Of a DNA stretch of 64,000 nt, positions 40,490 through 50,252 are shown piece after piece. The stretch's first letter is position 1. Each line of letters starts with the position of its first letter. The stretch covers positions 76,209-140,208 of the forward strand of contig JAPPNP010000014.1 in the NCBI GenBank assembly GCA_028873795.1, in the 5' to 3' direction. The position numbers were made by a program, and so were the translations under genes. The DNA comes from Chloroflexota bacterium (GTDB lineage: Bacteria > Chloroflexota > UBA11872). The notes beneath the pieces are model-generated. The model did not search any database. It was not told the origin of the DNA and saw nothing but the letters and a program-made list of their open reading frames with translations.

Positions 40490-42603
40490 GTCGCCTGCTC
40501 AATCACTTGGTCCGCATGCCTCGGCAGCCAGTAGTCGTGATACCGATCATCGCACTCCACGGAGCAGAAGCGCATGCCGCCGGCGCTCACCCACACGTCG
40601 CGTGGGACCACCTGGCCGCATAGCTGGCAATTCGTCACGCTAGTTTGCCACCAATCGCCCTTGTGCTCCTCCCAGTGGCCGCCGGTTTCGGAACGCGGCA
40701 CGGAGGGGGCCAGCTCGCGGGACTCGTCGGTGACGGTCGGTGGTTCCGGAGACGGCGCATCGGCGCGGAGCCGGGCGGTTTCGTCGGCATCGATCGTCAG
40801 GGACCCGTTGAGTCGCTGCAATGACACGCCGTATATCTCGCGCGCGGCAGTCTCGGACACGAATCCCTCCAATACGTCTCGGCGCACAGCGTCCGGGGCA
40901 CGTGTCCTCGGGTCGCCGTATCCTCCCCCGCCGGGACTCGCGAGCATAACCTGATCGCCCTCTTTCAGCACAATATTGGCCACGCGCGAATTGCTGGCCG
41001 TGCCGTATTCCTCGCGGAAGGTCACGAACGTATCTTCACCGGCGCGCTTCACGAGCAGCGCCGATTGCTGCCCGTCCTCGCCGCCAAAGAGGCCCCACGC
41101 GCCCGATACCATGCGGTCGAACAGCGCCGACACGGTGATCTCGGGCGCCCGCACTTCGAGGATCCGCTCCGAGCCAAGCCCTCCCCGCTGCGCGCCGGCG
41201 CCGCCGGAGTCCTGCCGCAGGCGGTAGGACCGCTCGAGGAACGGATATCGCGTCTCGAAGATTTCCACCGGCGTCGATGGGCAGTTGCCGTTGGGGATCA
41301 CCTGGTTGCTGTTGCCATCCGCGTTGGCGCGGCCGCCCCAGCCGACCCCGTCGAAGTGGTAGTGCACGTAGTAGCGGTCGGTGTCTGGGTGCGTGCCGCC
41401 GAAGAGGAAGTTGCAGGACGTGCCGCCGGTGTCCGCCGAGACCCGGTCGGGTACGGCCTTGGAAAGGGCCCCGATCACGATGCCCCACACGCGCGGGTGC
41501 GTTTCGGTGTTGCCGCCGACGCAAGGTCCGGGGTGGACGACGTTGGTGAGCGTTCCGGGAGAGGCAATCACCGTGATCGGGCGATACGCGCCGTCGTTGT
41601 GAGGCACGTTGTTGTCGGCAAAGTGGAACACGGCGTTGTAGGTGCCCGAAGCCGTCACGCCGTAGGTGCAGTTCAGCACGTGCTGCGCCTGGGGATCGCT
41701 GTCGCTGAAGTCGGCGACGAGGCTGCCGTCGGAAACCACCAGCCGCAGTCGAATCCAGTCGTGCAGCGGCACCTCTCGAGCATCCTCCATGTGGCCCTCG
41801 AAGGTGTACTCGCCGTCGGGGATGGCGCGAATTTCGTCCCGCATCCACCGCTCGGCGTAGTCGAGCAGCTCGTCGCTCACCTGAGTGATTCGCTCGACGC
41901 CGTAGGCATCCAGCAGCTCATGCGTGCGCTGCTCGGCCACGTTCAGCGACGCCATCATGGCGTGCAGGTCGCCCCAGGTGTAACGCGGCGCGCGGTGGTT
42001 GGACATCATGATGCGCCACACGTCTTCGTTGTATTCGCCGCCGCGCATCAGCCACACCGGCGGCAGGCGCAGACCCTCCTGGTAAATCTCGGTGGCGGTG
42101 GCCGCGAATCCGCCGACGGCCAGGCCGCCGATTTCCACCAGGTGCGCGATGTTCGAGACGTAGCCGAAGATCTCGCCGTCGTAGAACACGGGCTTGATGA
42201 CCACGTGCTCCGGCATGTGCACGCCGCCGCGATAGGGGTCGTTGTGCACGATGATGTCGCCCTCGCGCACGTTCTCCTCGCCAATCTCGGCGATGAGCCA
42301 TTTGACCACGAATCGGATGGCGCCCACCTGCGCCGGGCAGAACTCGGTCTGGGCGAGCATGCGCCCGTGGCGGTCGAAGAGCACGCAGGAAAAGTCGCGG
42401 CTCTCGCTGAATATCGGCGAGTAGGCCGTCCGCATCATCGTGGTGCCCATCTCGCGGCAGATGCCGACGAGCCGGTTATAGACCACGTTGAGCGTGACGA
42501 GGTCGACGCTGGATGGAGCGCTGGACGTTGTCATGGATGGCGTCTCCCTGCACACCTTGCGCTCATGCGGACGCCTCGGTCCATTCGAGCACGGCCGTGC
42601 CAT
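40486..42603 (-). CDS. hydantoinase B/oxoprolinase family protein with C-terminal Cys-rich extension
   Basis: 705 aa; HyuB-family core followed by about 130 extra residues ending in CQLCGQ...CSVEC (zinc-ribbon-like); the start may be the internal ATG at 42534. Confidence 0.85.
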   Translation of the reverse strand: MARPCSNGPRRPHERKVCRETPSMTTSSAPSSVDLVTLNVVYNRLVGICREMGTTMMRTAYSPIFSESRDFSCVLFDRHGRMLAQTEFCPAQVGAIRFVVKWLIAEIGEENVREGDIIVHNDPYRGGVHMPEHVVIKPVFYDGEIFGYVSNIAHLVEIGGLAVGGFAATATEIYQEGLRLPPVWLMRGGEYNEDVWRIMMSNHRAPRYTWGDLHAMMASLNVAEQRTHELLDAYGVERITQVSDELLDYAERWMRDEIRAIPDGEYTFEGHMEDAREVPLHDWIRLRLVVSDGSLVADFSDSDPQAQHVLNCTYGVTASGTYNAVFHFADNNVPHNDGAYRPITVIASPGTLTNVVHPGPCVGGNTETHPRVWGIVIGALSKAVPDRVSADTGGTSCNFLFGGTHPDTDRYYVHYHFDGVGWGGRANADGNSNQVIPNGNCPSTPVEIFETRYPFLERSYRLRQDSGGAGAQRGGLGSERILEVRAPEITVSALFDRMVSGAWGLFGGEDGQQSALLVKRAGEDTFVTFREEYGTASNSRVANIVLKEGDQVMLASPGGGGYGDPRTRAPDAVRRDVLEGFVSETAAREIYGVSLQRLNGSLTIDADETARLRADAPSPEPPTVTDESRELAPSVPRSETGGHWEEHKGDWWQTSVTNCQLCGQVVPRDVWVSAGGMRFCSVECDDRYHDYWLPRHADQVIEQAT

Positions 42604-44620
42604 GCGGGCTGACGGTCAGAAGCTGACCGGGGTGGACGACGGTCGTTGAGTCAAGCTCTTCGATGATCGCCGGACCGGCGATGCGGTCGGCGGGCGAGAG
42701 GTCCTCACGGGCGTAGACAGCGCATTCGACCGGGCCTTCCGACGAGAACCACACCGGCCGAGTTCCGGCCGGGGCCGCGGGCCGACCCTCAGGCAGCTCC
42801 GGGAGCGCCGGCTTGGCGGTATCGCCAAAGACCGTGACATTGAACTGCACCAGCTCGATGATCTCGTCGGGAATGCGGTAGCCGTAGGTGGCCTCGTAGT
42901 GCGTCTCGAACGCCGCGAGCAACTCAGACAGCGATTCGGCGGAAACCTCGCCGCCGGGGATCGGGATTTCTTCCTCGTAGTTCTGGCCGAGGTAGCGCAT
43001 GTTTACCGAACGCTGGATCTGGGGCGTGCCCGCGAAGCCTTCGTGCTGCAGGTCGGCCGTGGCCTCCGCCACCAGCTCATTCAGTCGTGCGTTGATGGCC
43101 GGGGCGTCCAGTCGATCCGACCGGAGGATGTGCGTCCAGGTCTTGTCCACGCGCATATCGGCCAGCAACGTGCCGAAGGCGGAGCAGAGCCCCGGATGCG
43201 GCGGAATCAGCACCCGGCGCGCGCCGATCACCTTGGCGATGGCCGCCGCGTGCAGCGGTCCGGCCCCACCAAATGCCACCAGGCTGAACTGCCGCGGGTC
43301 CAGACCACGCCGCACCGTGAGCAGGCGCATGGCCTCCGCGATGTTCTCGACGGCAATGTCCAGCACGGCCTGGGCCGTGGCCTCGGGACCCAGGCCGAGC
43401 GTGTCACCGAGGTCGGAAAGGGCGCGATGGGCGAGGTCGGCATCGAGCCGCACCTCGCCGCCCAGGAAGTTCTCGGGATTGAGCCGGCCCAGCACTACGT
43501 TGGCGTCGGTGACCGTCGGCTCCGTGCCGCCCTGCGCGTAGCACGCCGGCCCCGGCACGGCGCCGGCGCTCTGCGGCCCGGCTTGGAGCAACCCGCCGCG
43601 GTTGATCCAGGCGATGGACCCGCCACCGGCCCCCATCGTGGTCATCTCGATGAACGGCGCCGCGACCGGCAGGCCGAACTCGATCTCCCAGGCCGTGGTG
43701 TAACCAATGGCTCCGTCGTCAACCACGCCGACGTCCGTGCTGGTTCCGCCCATGTCGAAGCTGATGATGTTGTCGTCGTTCAGCGATTCGGCGTAGTACT
43801 TGGCCGCGATGATTCCGCCCGGCAGCCCGGACAGAACCGTCTGCGCCGGGCGGTCGGCCGCCGACTCCGCCAGCATCTGGCCGCCGTTGGACTTCATCAC
43901 CGCCCACGAGCGGGTGTTCCCCCACGCGGCGAGCCCTTCGTCCAGCGCGTGGATGAACCCCTGGAGCAGAGGCCGGATGTAGGCGTCCGCAATAGTCGTG
44001 CTCGCCCGGTCGTACTCACGCCAGATCGGCGCGACCTCGTGCGACAGCGAAATCGACAGCTCGGGGAACTCGCGAGCCAGGTACTCACGGATCAAGCGCT
44101 CGTGGTCGGGCTTGACGTACGAAAACAGGCAATTCACCGCCACGGCCACGGCGCCGTTCGTGCGTTCGTCGAGCCGCGCGCGCAGCATGTCGCCAAGACT
44201 GCCGAGGGCTTCCGGAGTGAGCGGGTCCACGACGGCGCCCATATAGTCCAGCCGCTCCGCCACGCCCAGGCAGTCCCGGCGTGTAACCAGAGGCTCCGGT
44301 CGCTCCCAGTCGAGGTCGTAGTGGAACTTGCGATCCACCCGCTGCAAGAACGGCACGTCCTCGAATCCCGCGGTGGTCACGTAGAGCACCCGGGCGCCCT
44401 TGCGCTGGAGCAGCGCGTTGACGCCAACCGTGGTGCCGAGCACGAAATAGCTGACCGCATCGGCGGGGATGCCGCTGTGTGCAATCGCGTCGAATATCGC
44501 GTCGCTGGGGGAGTCGGGCGTTGAGGGGCGCTTGACGACCTGCGCTTCCCCCGACGCCTCATCGAGGGCGACGAAGTCGGTGAAAGTCCCGCCCGTGTCG
44601 ATGCCGATTCGAATCGCCAA
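42563..44620 (-). CDS. hydantoinase A/oxoprolinase family protein
   Basis: 685 aa; MAIRIGIDTGGTFTD N-terminus (ASKHA fold) and HyuA-family length. Confidence 0.9.
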   Translation of the reverse strand: MAIRIGIDTGGTFTDFVALDEASGEAQVVKRPSTPDSPSDAIFDAIAHSGIPADAVSYFVLGTTVGVNALLQRKGARVLYVTTAGFEDVPFLQRVDRKFHYDLDWERPEPLVTRRDCLGVAERLDYMGAVVDPLTPEALGSLGDMLRARLDERTNGAVAVAVNCLFSYVKPDHERLIREYLAREFPELSISLSHEVAPIWREYDRASTTIADAYIRPLLQGFIHALDEGLAAWGNTRSWAVMKSNGGQMLAESAADRPAQTVLSGLPGGIIAAKYYAESLNDDNIISFDMGGTSTDVGVVDDGAIGYTTAWEIEFGLPVAAPFIEMTTMGAGGGSIAWINRGGLLQAGPQSAGAVPGPACYAQGGTEPTVTDANVVLGRLNPENFLGGEVRLDADLAHRALSDLGDTLGLGPEATAQAVLDIAVENIAEAMRLLTVRRGLDPRQFSLVAFGGAGPLHAAAIAKVIGARRVLIPPHPGLCSAFGTLLADMRVDKTWTHILRSDRLDAPAINARLNELVAEATADLQHEGFAGTPQIQRSVNMRYLGQNYEEEIPIPGGEVSAESLSELLAAFETHYEATYGYRIPDEIIELVQFNVTVFGDTAKPALPELPEGRPAAPAGTRPVWFSSEGPVECAVYAREDLSPADRIAGPAIIEELDSTTVVHPGQLLTVSPHGTAVLEWTEASA

Positions 44621-44632
44621 TGCGCGCCTGCC

Positions 44633-45607
44633 TCAGATCACCCGATGTTGGGGCTCGTCGCCGAGAAGGATACGACGCGCCTCGGCCACCGCCGCAAGTT
44701 CGCAGTCCAGGGCCGCGGATTCAGACTTCCACGCGATGTGGGGGGTGACGACGAGGTTGGGCTCGCGGAGCAGGGGATGGTCGAAGTCTGGCGGCTCGGT
44801 CTCGAACACGTCCAGGCCGGCCCCGCCGAGGGCGCCAGAAGCCAGCGCCCGTTGCAGGGCGTAGTGATCCACGATGCCGCCGCGCGACACGTTGATCAGC
44901 AACGCGCCGCGGCGCATGCGAGCGAATTCCGGCGCGCCCAGCATGCCCCGGGTGTCGTCCGTGAGCGGCACGTGCACCGTGAGGGCGTCGACCGACATCA
45001 ATAGGTCGTCGAGGTTGTGCGCCACGCGCATCTCCGTCCCCGGCAGCGGCGTGAACCATTCCGCCGGAAGGAAGGGGTCGAAAACCACGAGCTGCATGCC
45101 GAACCCCGCGGCCAGCGCCGCGGTTGCCCGGCCGATGCGCCCGTAACCCAGCACCCCAAGCCTCGAACCTCGGAGGCGCCGCGGTTGAAACGTGTCGTCG
45201 TAGGTCCGCCACAGGTGCCGCTCGCGCACGTCGGCATCCGAGTCGGTCACGCAGCGCGCCAGCGCCAGCAGCAACGCGATGGCGTGCTCGGCGACTTCCG
45301 ACGTGAAAGCGTCGGGCGTGTGCGCCACCACCACGCCGCGCGCCTTCGCCGCGTGCAGATCGACCTTTTCCGTGCCCACGCCGTAGACCACCACGCCCCG
45401 CAGATTCGGCGCGTGGTCGAGCAGATCGCCATCGACCGGCGTCAGCTCGGTCAGCATGACGTCGGCGTCCGACACGGCGTCGTAGACCTCGGCGCGGGGC
45501 GGCGCGCCCAGGAACACCATGTCCGCGATATCGGCCAGCGCCTCGGCCTCGCGATCGTGATGCGGCAGCCCCGCGCCCGCGGACACCACGCGAAACCGGC
45601 GGGTCAT
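44633..45607 (-). CDS. D-isomer-specific 2-hydroxyacid dehydrogenase
   Basis: 324 aa; NAD-binding GxGxxG and the catalytic R/E/H pattern of the 2-HADH family. Confidence 0.85.
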   Translation of the reverse strand: MTRRFRVVSAGAGLPHHDREAEALADIADMVFLGAPPRAEVYDAVSDADVMLTELTPVDGDLLDHAPNLRGVVVYGVGTEKVDLHAAKARGVVVAHTPDAFTSEVAEHAIALLLALARCVTDSDADVRERHLWRTYDDTFQPRRLRGSRLGVLGYGRIGRATAALAAGFGMQLVVFDPFLPAEWFTPLPGTEMRVAHNLDDLLMSVDALTVHVPLTDDTRGMLGAPEFARMRRGALLINVSRGGIVDHYALQRALASGALGGAGLDVFETEPPDFDHPLLREPNLVVTPHIAWKSESAALDCELAAVAEARRILLGDEPQHRVI

Positions 45608-45644
45608 CGTCCGGCGCCGCCCAATTCGCTCAGCCGCGTCTTCC

Positions 45645-46622
45645 TCACGCGCTGGCGAATCGCTTGGGGAAGTACTGCGCGCAGTTCTCCTCCAGCCACT
45701 CGACGGTCAGCTTCATCCACAGCTGCGGGTCGTACTGCGGCAAGCAGCACGTCTCGATGCAGTGCGGCAGGTAGTCGGGGTCCGGCGCGTTTTGCTGCAG
45801 GATCTCCATGATCTCGAGGACCTCCACGCTGCCGTAGCCGACCGGTGCGTGGAAGAACCGAGGCTCGCCGGTCGTGGTGATGGACTGCACGCGCATGTCC
45901 TTGAGATGGGTCATCACGGTGTACGGCGCGGCCATGTGGGCGGCGTCCACCTGGTCCTCGACGACCGAATAGCTGTTGGCGAAGTCGTAGTTGATCCGCA
46001 GCCACGGCGATGCGACGCCCTCGACCACCTGCACGATCTCGCTGATGCGATAGTCCATGTGGTTTTCGAAAGCCAGCACGATGCCGCACTTCTCGGCGTC
46101 GACTACCAGTTTCGACAAGTTCTCGATCATGCGGTCGATCTGCACGCCCATTGGCGTCTCGGTGCTGAAGTGCCCGAACCGCAGCCCGCCGTTGGGCATG
46201 GGCTGACCGGGAGGCCCCGGTGGGTCGGCGTTGACCATGGCGCTGGTTCGCACGCCGCCGGCCTGCATCCACTCCAGGTACATGGCCGCGCGTTCGTGCA
46301 CGGGCGTCCACTCGTCGGAGTCGACGGCCCAGGCGCCGTTTACGGAGCCGACCCACTCGATGCCGTTTTCGGCCAGCAGGCGACCATTGGCAGCGGCCGC
46401 CTCCTTGCCGTCCAACAGCGACGCCGCCGTATAGAGGTTGTCGAAGCCCCATTCACTGCAGCGCTCGATCCACCACTCCAGCGCCCCTTCCAGCTCCGCC
46501 GGCGGCTCGGTGGTGGTGCCGTAGGGATACTCCAGGCCGCGAAAGCCGTACTCGGGTTGATCGATGCGCAACCCCGGGTAGGACACCCACCGATAGGCCG
46601 CCTGTGAAAGGCCGAGTCTCAT
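45645..46622 (-). CDS. xylose-isomerase-like TIM-barrel protein (sugar phosphate isomerase/epimerase family), paralog 3
   Basis: Start at ATG 46622 (MRLGLSQAAYRW); shares the ENHMDYR, SPWLRINYDFANS and HLKDMR motifs with paralogs 1 and 2. Confidence 0.8.
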   Translation of the reverse strand: MRLGLSQAAYRWVSYPGLRIDQPEYGFRGLEYPYGTTTEPPAELEGALEWWIERCSEWGFDNLYTAASLLDGKEAAAANGRLLAENGIEWVGSVNGAWAVDSDEWTPVHERAAMYLEWMQAGGVRTSAMVNADPPGPPGQPMPNGGLRFGHFSTETPMGVQIDRMIENLSKLVVDAEKCGIVLAFENHMDYRISEIVQVVEGVASPWLRINYDFANSYSVVEDQVDAAHMAAPYTVMTHLKDMRVQSITTTGEPRFFHAPVGYGSVEVLEIMEILQQNAPDPDYLPHCIETCCLPQYDPQLWMKLTVEWLEENCAQYFPKRFASA

Positions 46623-46696
46623 GTCAACGCTCCCTGGTCCGCCGGCAATCGCGCGCCGCTCAAGTATGACCGAAATGCGCCCTACGCACGCGCGCA

Positions 46697-47896
46697 TTGC
46701 CTACCATAGCCAGCACCCCGCTTGGGTCGGCGCCGCCGCACCGGAATAGAGGCCATACCGTGGAGCAACCGCGAGCCATCGTGCTGGGCACGGGCGTGAT
46801 CGGGCGCGTGCACATTGACGCCCTGCGCCGCAACAACGTCGACATCGTGAGCGTGGTGGCGAGCAGCGAGGCGCGCAGCATCGCCGCCGCGGCCGACTTC
46901 GGCGTCCCACGAGGAGACCCGGACGTGGCCACCGCCCTGCGCGCCACCAGTCCCGACGTGGTGCACGTTTGCACGCCCGACACCTACCACCTCGAGCACG
47001 CCGGCATGGCGTTCGACGCGGGCGCGCACGTGGTTTGCGAAAAGCCGCTCACCACCGACGCCGGGTCGGCCGGCGATCTCTATCGACGCGCGGCGGACTC
47101 GGGCCGCGTGCACGCCATCTGCTTCAACAACCGCTTCTACACGCTGGTGCAAGAGCTTGCCGCCCGCCGTCGCCTGGGCGCGCTCGACCGCGTGATGCTC
47201 GTCCGGGCGTCCGTCTCGGACGACACGTTCTGGCTCGAAACCGATTGGGACTGGCGCTTGCTCCCTGAAATGGGCGGCCCCACCATCGTCACCTCGACGA
47301 CGGGCAGCCACCTGCTCGATCTGACCAGCTTCGTCATTGGCAGCCGCGTGGTCGCGGTTTGCGCGGACTTCCTCACGGCGCACGACGTGCGCAAGCGCCC
47401 GCGTCCCGACGGCGGCGTGGACGACTACCACGCGCCGGGCGAGGATGTCTCGAACCTGCTGGTGCACTGGGCGAATGGCGCCCGCGGCGTGCTCTCGCTC
47501 TCGCACGTGGCCGTGGGGCATCCCTACCGCATCCGCGTCGAGATCGACGCCACCGCCATGGGCGTGAGCTGGGACTCCGAGCGGCCCAACGAGCTCTGGC
47601 TCGGACACCGCACCGAACCGAACGAGATCGTCCTGCCGGACCCGCGTCAGGCGACGGAGGAAGGCAGCCGGTTCATGGATAACCCCGGGGCCTACCGCGA
47701 GGGCTTCGCGGACACCTTTCGCCTGCTGTTCCGTGAGGTCTACCGCGCGGTTGGCGACGGCGGTCAGCCCGACGCACCGACCTACCCCACGTTCCAGGAC
47801 GGGTACGGCATCCAGATCGTGCACGACGCCGCCCTGCAGAGCTTCCAGGAGCGCCGCTGGGTGGACGTCGACTGGTCGGCCTTCGACGGGAACTAG
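46697..47896 (+). CDS. Gfo/Idh/MocA family oxidoreductase
   Basis: 399 aa; Rossmann AIVLGTGVIGRVH and the EKP motif; divergent from TIM-barrel paralog 3; the start may be an internal GTG. Confidence 0.8.
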   Translation: MPTIASTPLGSAPPHRNRGHTVEQPRAIVLGTGVIGRVHIDALRRNNVDIVSVVASSEARSIAAAADFGVPRGDPDVATALRATSPDVVHVCTPDTYHLEHAGMAFDAGAHVVCEKPLTTDAGSAGDLYRRAADSGRVHAICFNNRFYTLVQELAARRRLGALDRVMLVRASVSDDTFWLETDWDWRLLPEMGGPTIVTSTTGSHLLDLTSFVIGSRVVAVCADFLTAHDVRKRPRPDGGVDDYHAPGEDVSNLLVHWANGARGVLSLSHVAVGHPYRIRVEIDATAMGVSWDSERPNELWLGHRTEPNEIVLPDPRQATEEGSRFMDNPGAYREGFADTFRLLFREVYRAVGDGGQPDAPTYPTFQDGYGIQIVHDAALQSFQERRWVDVDWSAFDGN

Positions 47897-47921
47897 ACCC
47901 AATCGCGGGATCCCTGCGTAA

Positions 47922-48088
47922 CCCCTCCGTCATTCCGGCGGAGGCCGGAATCCAGTCCGGTCAAGTCTGAAGGCGCGCCGGACGAATGGCGTCGGTAGGG
48001 GCCGGTTTCCAACCGGCCCGTCCGCGGGCGCCAACCGCCCTGCGGGCATCCACGCCATCCCGACGGGCGGTTCGCGAACCGCCCCTAC
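47922..48088. repeat. mosaic palindromic repeat region (module B 47922-47960; module A copies 47995-48024 and 48062-48088)
   Basis: Between convergent genes; the modules match copies elsewhere in the window in both orientations. Confidence 0.6.
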
Positions 48089-48278
48089 GGGAGTCTCCGA
48101 CGATCTTCAGAGGCAGGGTTCTAGGAAACCGCAGAGCAGGCCCGTGGGCCGCTTCTCGATCCGTTCGCCCTGAGCGAAGTCGAATGGCCGTTCATGGTTC
48201 GACAAGCTCACCATGAACGGACGGCGGTACATGTATGCCGAGGCTTCCTGCTCATTCGGGGCCTTCCTCGCAGCCCCG

Positions 48279-49265
48279 CTACTCCGGCTCGAACAGCGAC
48301 TTCGGCGGCTCGCCGCGCAGCACCCGCGCGACCTCCGCGGCGGCCTCCCGGCGCAGGATGCGAATCGACGTCCGGGAGTAGAAGCCGCCGTGCGGCGTGA
48401 CGATCAGGTTCGGCGCCTCGCGTAGGGGCGAGTCCATCGGCAGCGGCTCCTCTTCCATCACGTCGAGTCCCGCGCCGGCGATCCGCCCATCCTTCAGCGC
48501 CTGCGCCAGCGCCGCGTTGTCGACCACCGCGCCGCGGGCCGTGTTGATCAAGAACACGCTGGGCTTCATCAAGTCGAACTCGGCCGCGCCGAACAGGTGG
48601 TGCGTCTGCGCACGTAACGGCGTGTGCACCGACACGAAGTCGGATTGCCGCAAAAGATCGTCCAACGGCACGCGCTCGACCCGCGCCGCCTCGAATGCCG
48701 AGTCCGGCGCCCGCGGCGAGTGCCCGATCGCCCGCAATCCAAAGGCCCGCGCGCGCGCCGCTACCGCCTGCGCCGTCTGTCCCAGACCGATCAGCCCAAG
48801 CGTCTGGCCTTCGACGCGCTCCATGCGCTCGGGCACGCCGCCGCTGGCGTCCCAGACGCCAGCCCGCACGTCGTCGTTGTAGGCCACGATGTGGCGCGCC
48901 AGCGCCAGCAGCAGCCCCATGGTGTGATCGGCGACCTCGCCGACCTGGTAGTCGCGCACGTTGCACACGACGATGCCCTTGGCAGTTGCCGCGGCCACGT
49001 CGATCGGGTCCATACCGGTGCCGTAGCGCACGATCACCTTGCAGCGCTCCAGGGCATCCACGACGCGAGCCGTGATCGGTGCGTATTGCTCGAGCAGCCC
49101 GTCGGCGTCGGCCACCTTTTCGATCAACGCTTCTTCCGTGAAGCACTGCTCCACAACCAACTCGGCGCCAATGGGATCGAGCTCGGCCTGCTCGATCACC
49201 GGCGGCATCTCGAAATCGCAGTCGGTGATCACGACCCGAAAGCGGGGCTCGGTCATCGGCGCCAT
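48279..49265 (-). CDS. D-isomer-specific 2-hydroxyacid dehydrogenase (PGDH/CtBP-like)
   Basis: 328 aa; GLIGLGQTAQAVA Rossmann and the 2-HADH catalytic triad. Confidence 0.85.
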   Translation of the reverse strand: MAPMTEPRFRVVITDCDFEMPPVIEQAELDPIGAELVVEQCFTEEALIEKVADADGLLEQYAPITARVVDALERCKVIVRYGTGMDPIDVAAATAKGIVVCNVRDYQVGEVADHTMGLLLALARHIVAYNDDVRAGVWDASGGVPERMERVEGQTLGLIGLGQTAQAVAARARAFGLRAIGHSPRAPDSAFEAARVERVPLDDLLRQSDFVSVHTPLRAQTHHLFGAAEFDLMKPSVFLINTARGAVVDNAALAQALKDGRIAGAGLDVMEEEPLPMDSPLREAPNLIVTPHGGFYSRTSIRILRREAAAEVARVLRGEPPKSLFEPE

Positions 49266-49329
49266 CCAATCACGGGGCGGTCACTAGGCCGACCGCCATT
49301 GTGAACCACCCGCCAGCATCATGGCTCAC

Positions 49330-49525
49330 CGGTTGCGTGCCCGTTCCTGTCATTCCGAGCGCAGCGAGGAATCCAAGGGGCGGGGAGAATCCACAACGTC
49401 CTTAGATCCCTCACTACGTTCGGGATGACATGTCCCGTGCGTCGCGGCAGTCATTGCGAGCACACCACCCTGTCATTCCGAGCCCCACACCCTGTCATTC
49501 CGAGCGAAGCGAGGAATCTAAGGAG
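49330..49525. repeat. cluster of degenerate palindromic repeat units (CCCTGTCATTCCGAGCG[A/C]AGCGAGGAATC)
   Basis: At least three units in about 190 bp of intergenic DNA, related to module B. Confidence 0.55.
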
Positions 49526-49583
49526 CAAACTTGGCCGCATGATTCAATGCCGTCTCGCGGCCTCGCCGACCCATAGCTTCCGC

Positions 49584-50252
49584 CTACAGAATCCCGTATT
49601 CCTTGAAGACCTCGCCCACGTCGCGACCGGTGGCCAGGATCTCGCGCACGTTGGTCTCGCCCCGCCCCTTGGCCTCGGCGCGGTCCAGCACTTCGACCGC
49701 CGCTTCTCTTGGAACCACCACCACGCCCATGTCGTCGCCGACGATCACGTCGCCGTACTCCACCCGCGCGCCGGCGCAGTCGATGGGCTGTCCCCACTCG
49801 ATGCCCTCGCAGCGGCCCTCGGAGTCAACCGGACTCTGGCCGACCGCAAACACGGGAAAGTCGATCTCCTCGATCTCATGCACGTCGCGCGTCAAGCCAT
49901 CGATCACGCAGCCCACGGCGCCCCGAGTCTGTGCGGAGGTACTGAGCAGGCCGCCCCACACGCCCGATTCATAGTGACCGGTGGTGGTGATGACCAGCAC
50001 GTCGTTGGGGCGCATGGCGCGGAAGGCCTCGAACAGCACCTCGTAGGGCTCGTCCGGCGGGCGGTAGACGGCGGTCTGCAGCAGCGGCAGCGCCCGGCCC
50101 ACGATGCGGGCGGCGGGATACATCGGACGCACGTCGCGCCGCATGGCCTGCACCGGCACGCCCATGCGGTCCAGACTGTCGGCGATCAGGGCGGAGTGCA
50201 GCGCCTGGAATCGCTCTCGCGTGGCATCGTCAAATTCGGGCGCCTGGCTCAT
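49584..50252 (-). CDS. RraA-family protein (4-hydroxy-4-methyl-2-oxoglutarate aldolase / oxaloacetate decarboxylase-like)
   Basis: 222 aa; VIDGLTRDVHEI motif of the RraA/DlpA fold. Confidence 0.8.
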   Translation of the reverse strand: MSQAPEFDDATRERFQALHSALIADSLDRMGVPVQAMRRDVRPMYPAARIVGRALPLLQTAVYRPPDEPYEVLFEAFRAMRPNDVLVITTTGHYESGVWGGLLSTSAQTRGAVGCVIDGLTRDVHEIEEIDFPVFAVGQSPVDSEGRCEGIEWGQPIDCAGARVEYGDVIVGDDMGVVVVPREAAVEVLDRAEAKGRGETNVREILATGRDVGEVFKEYGIL

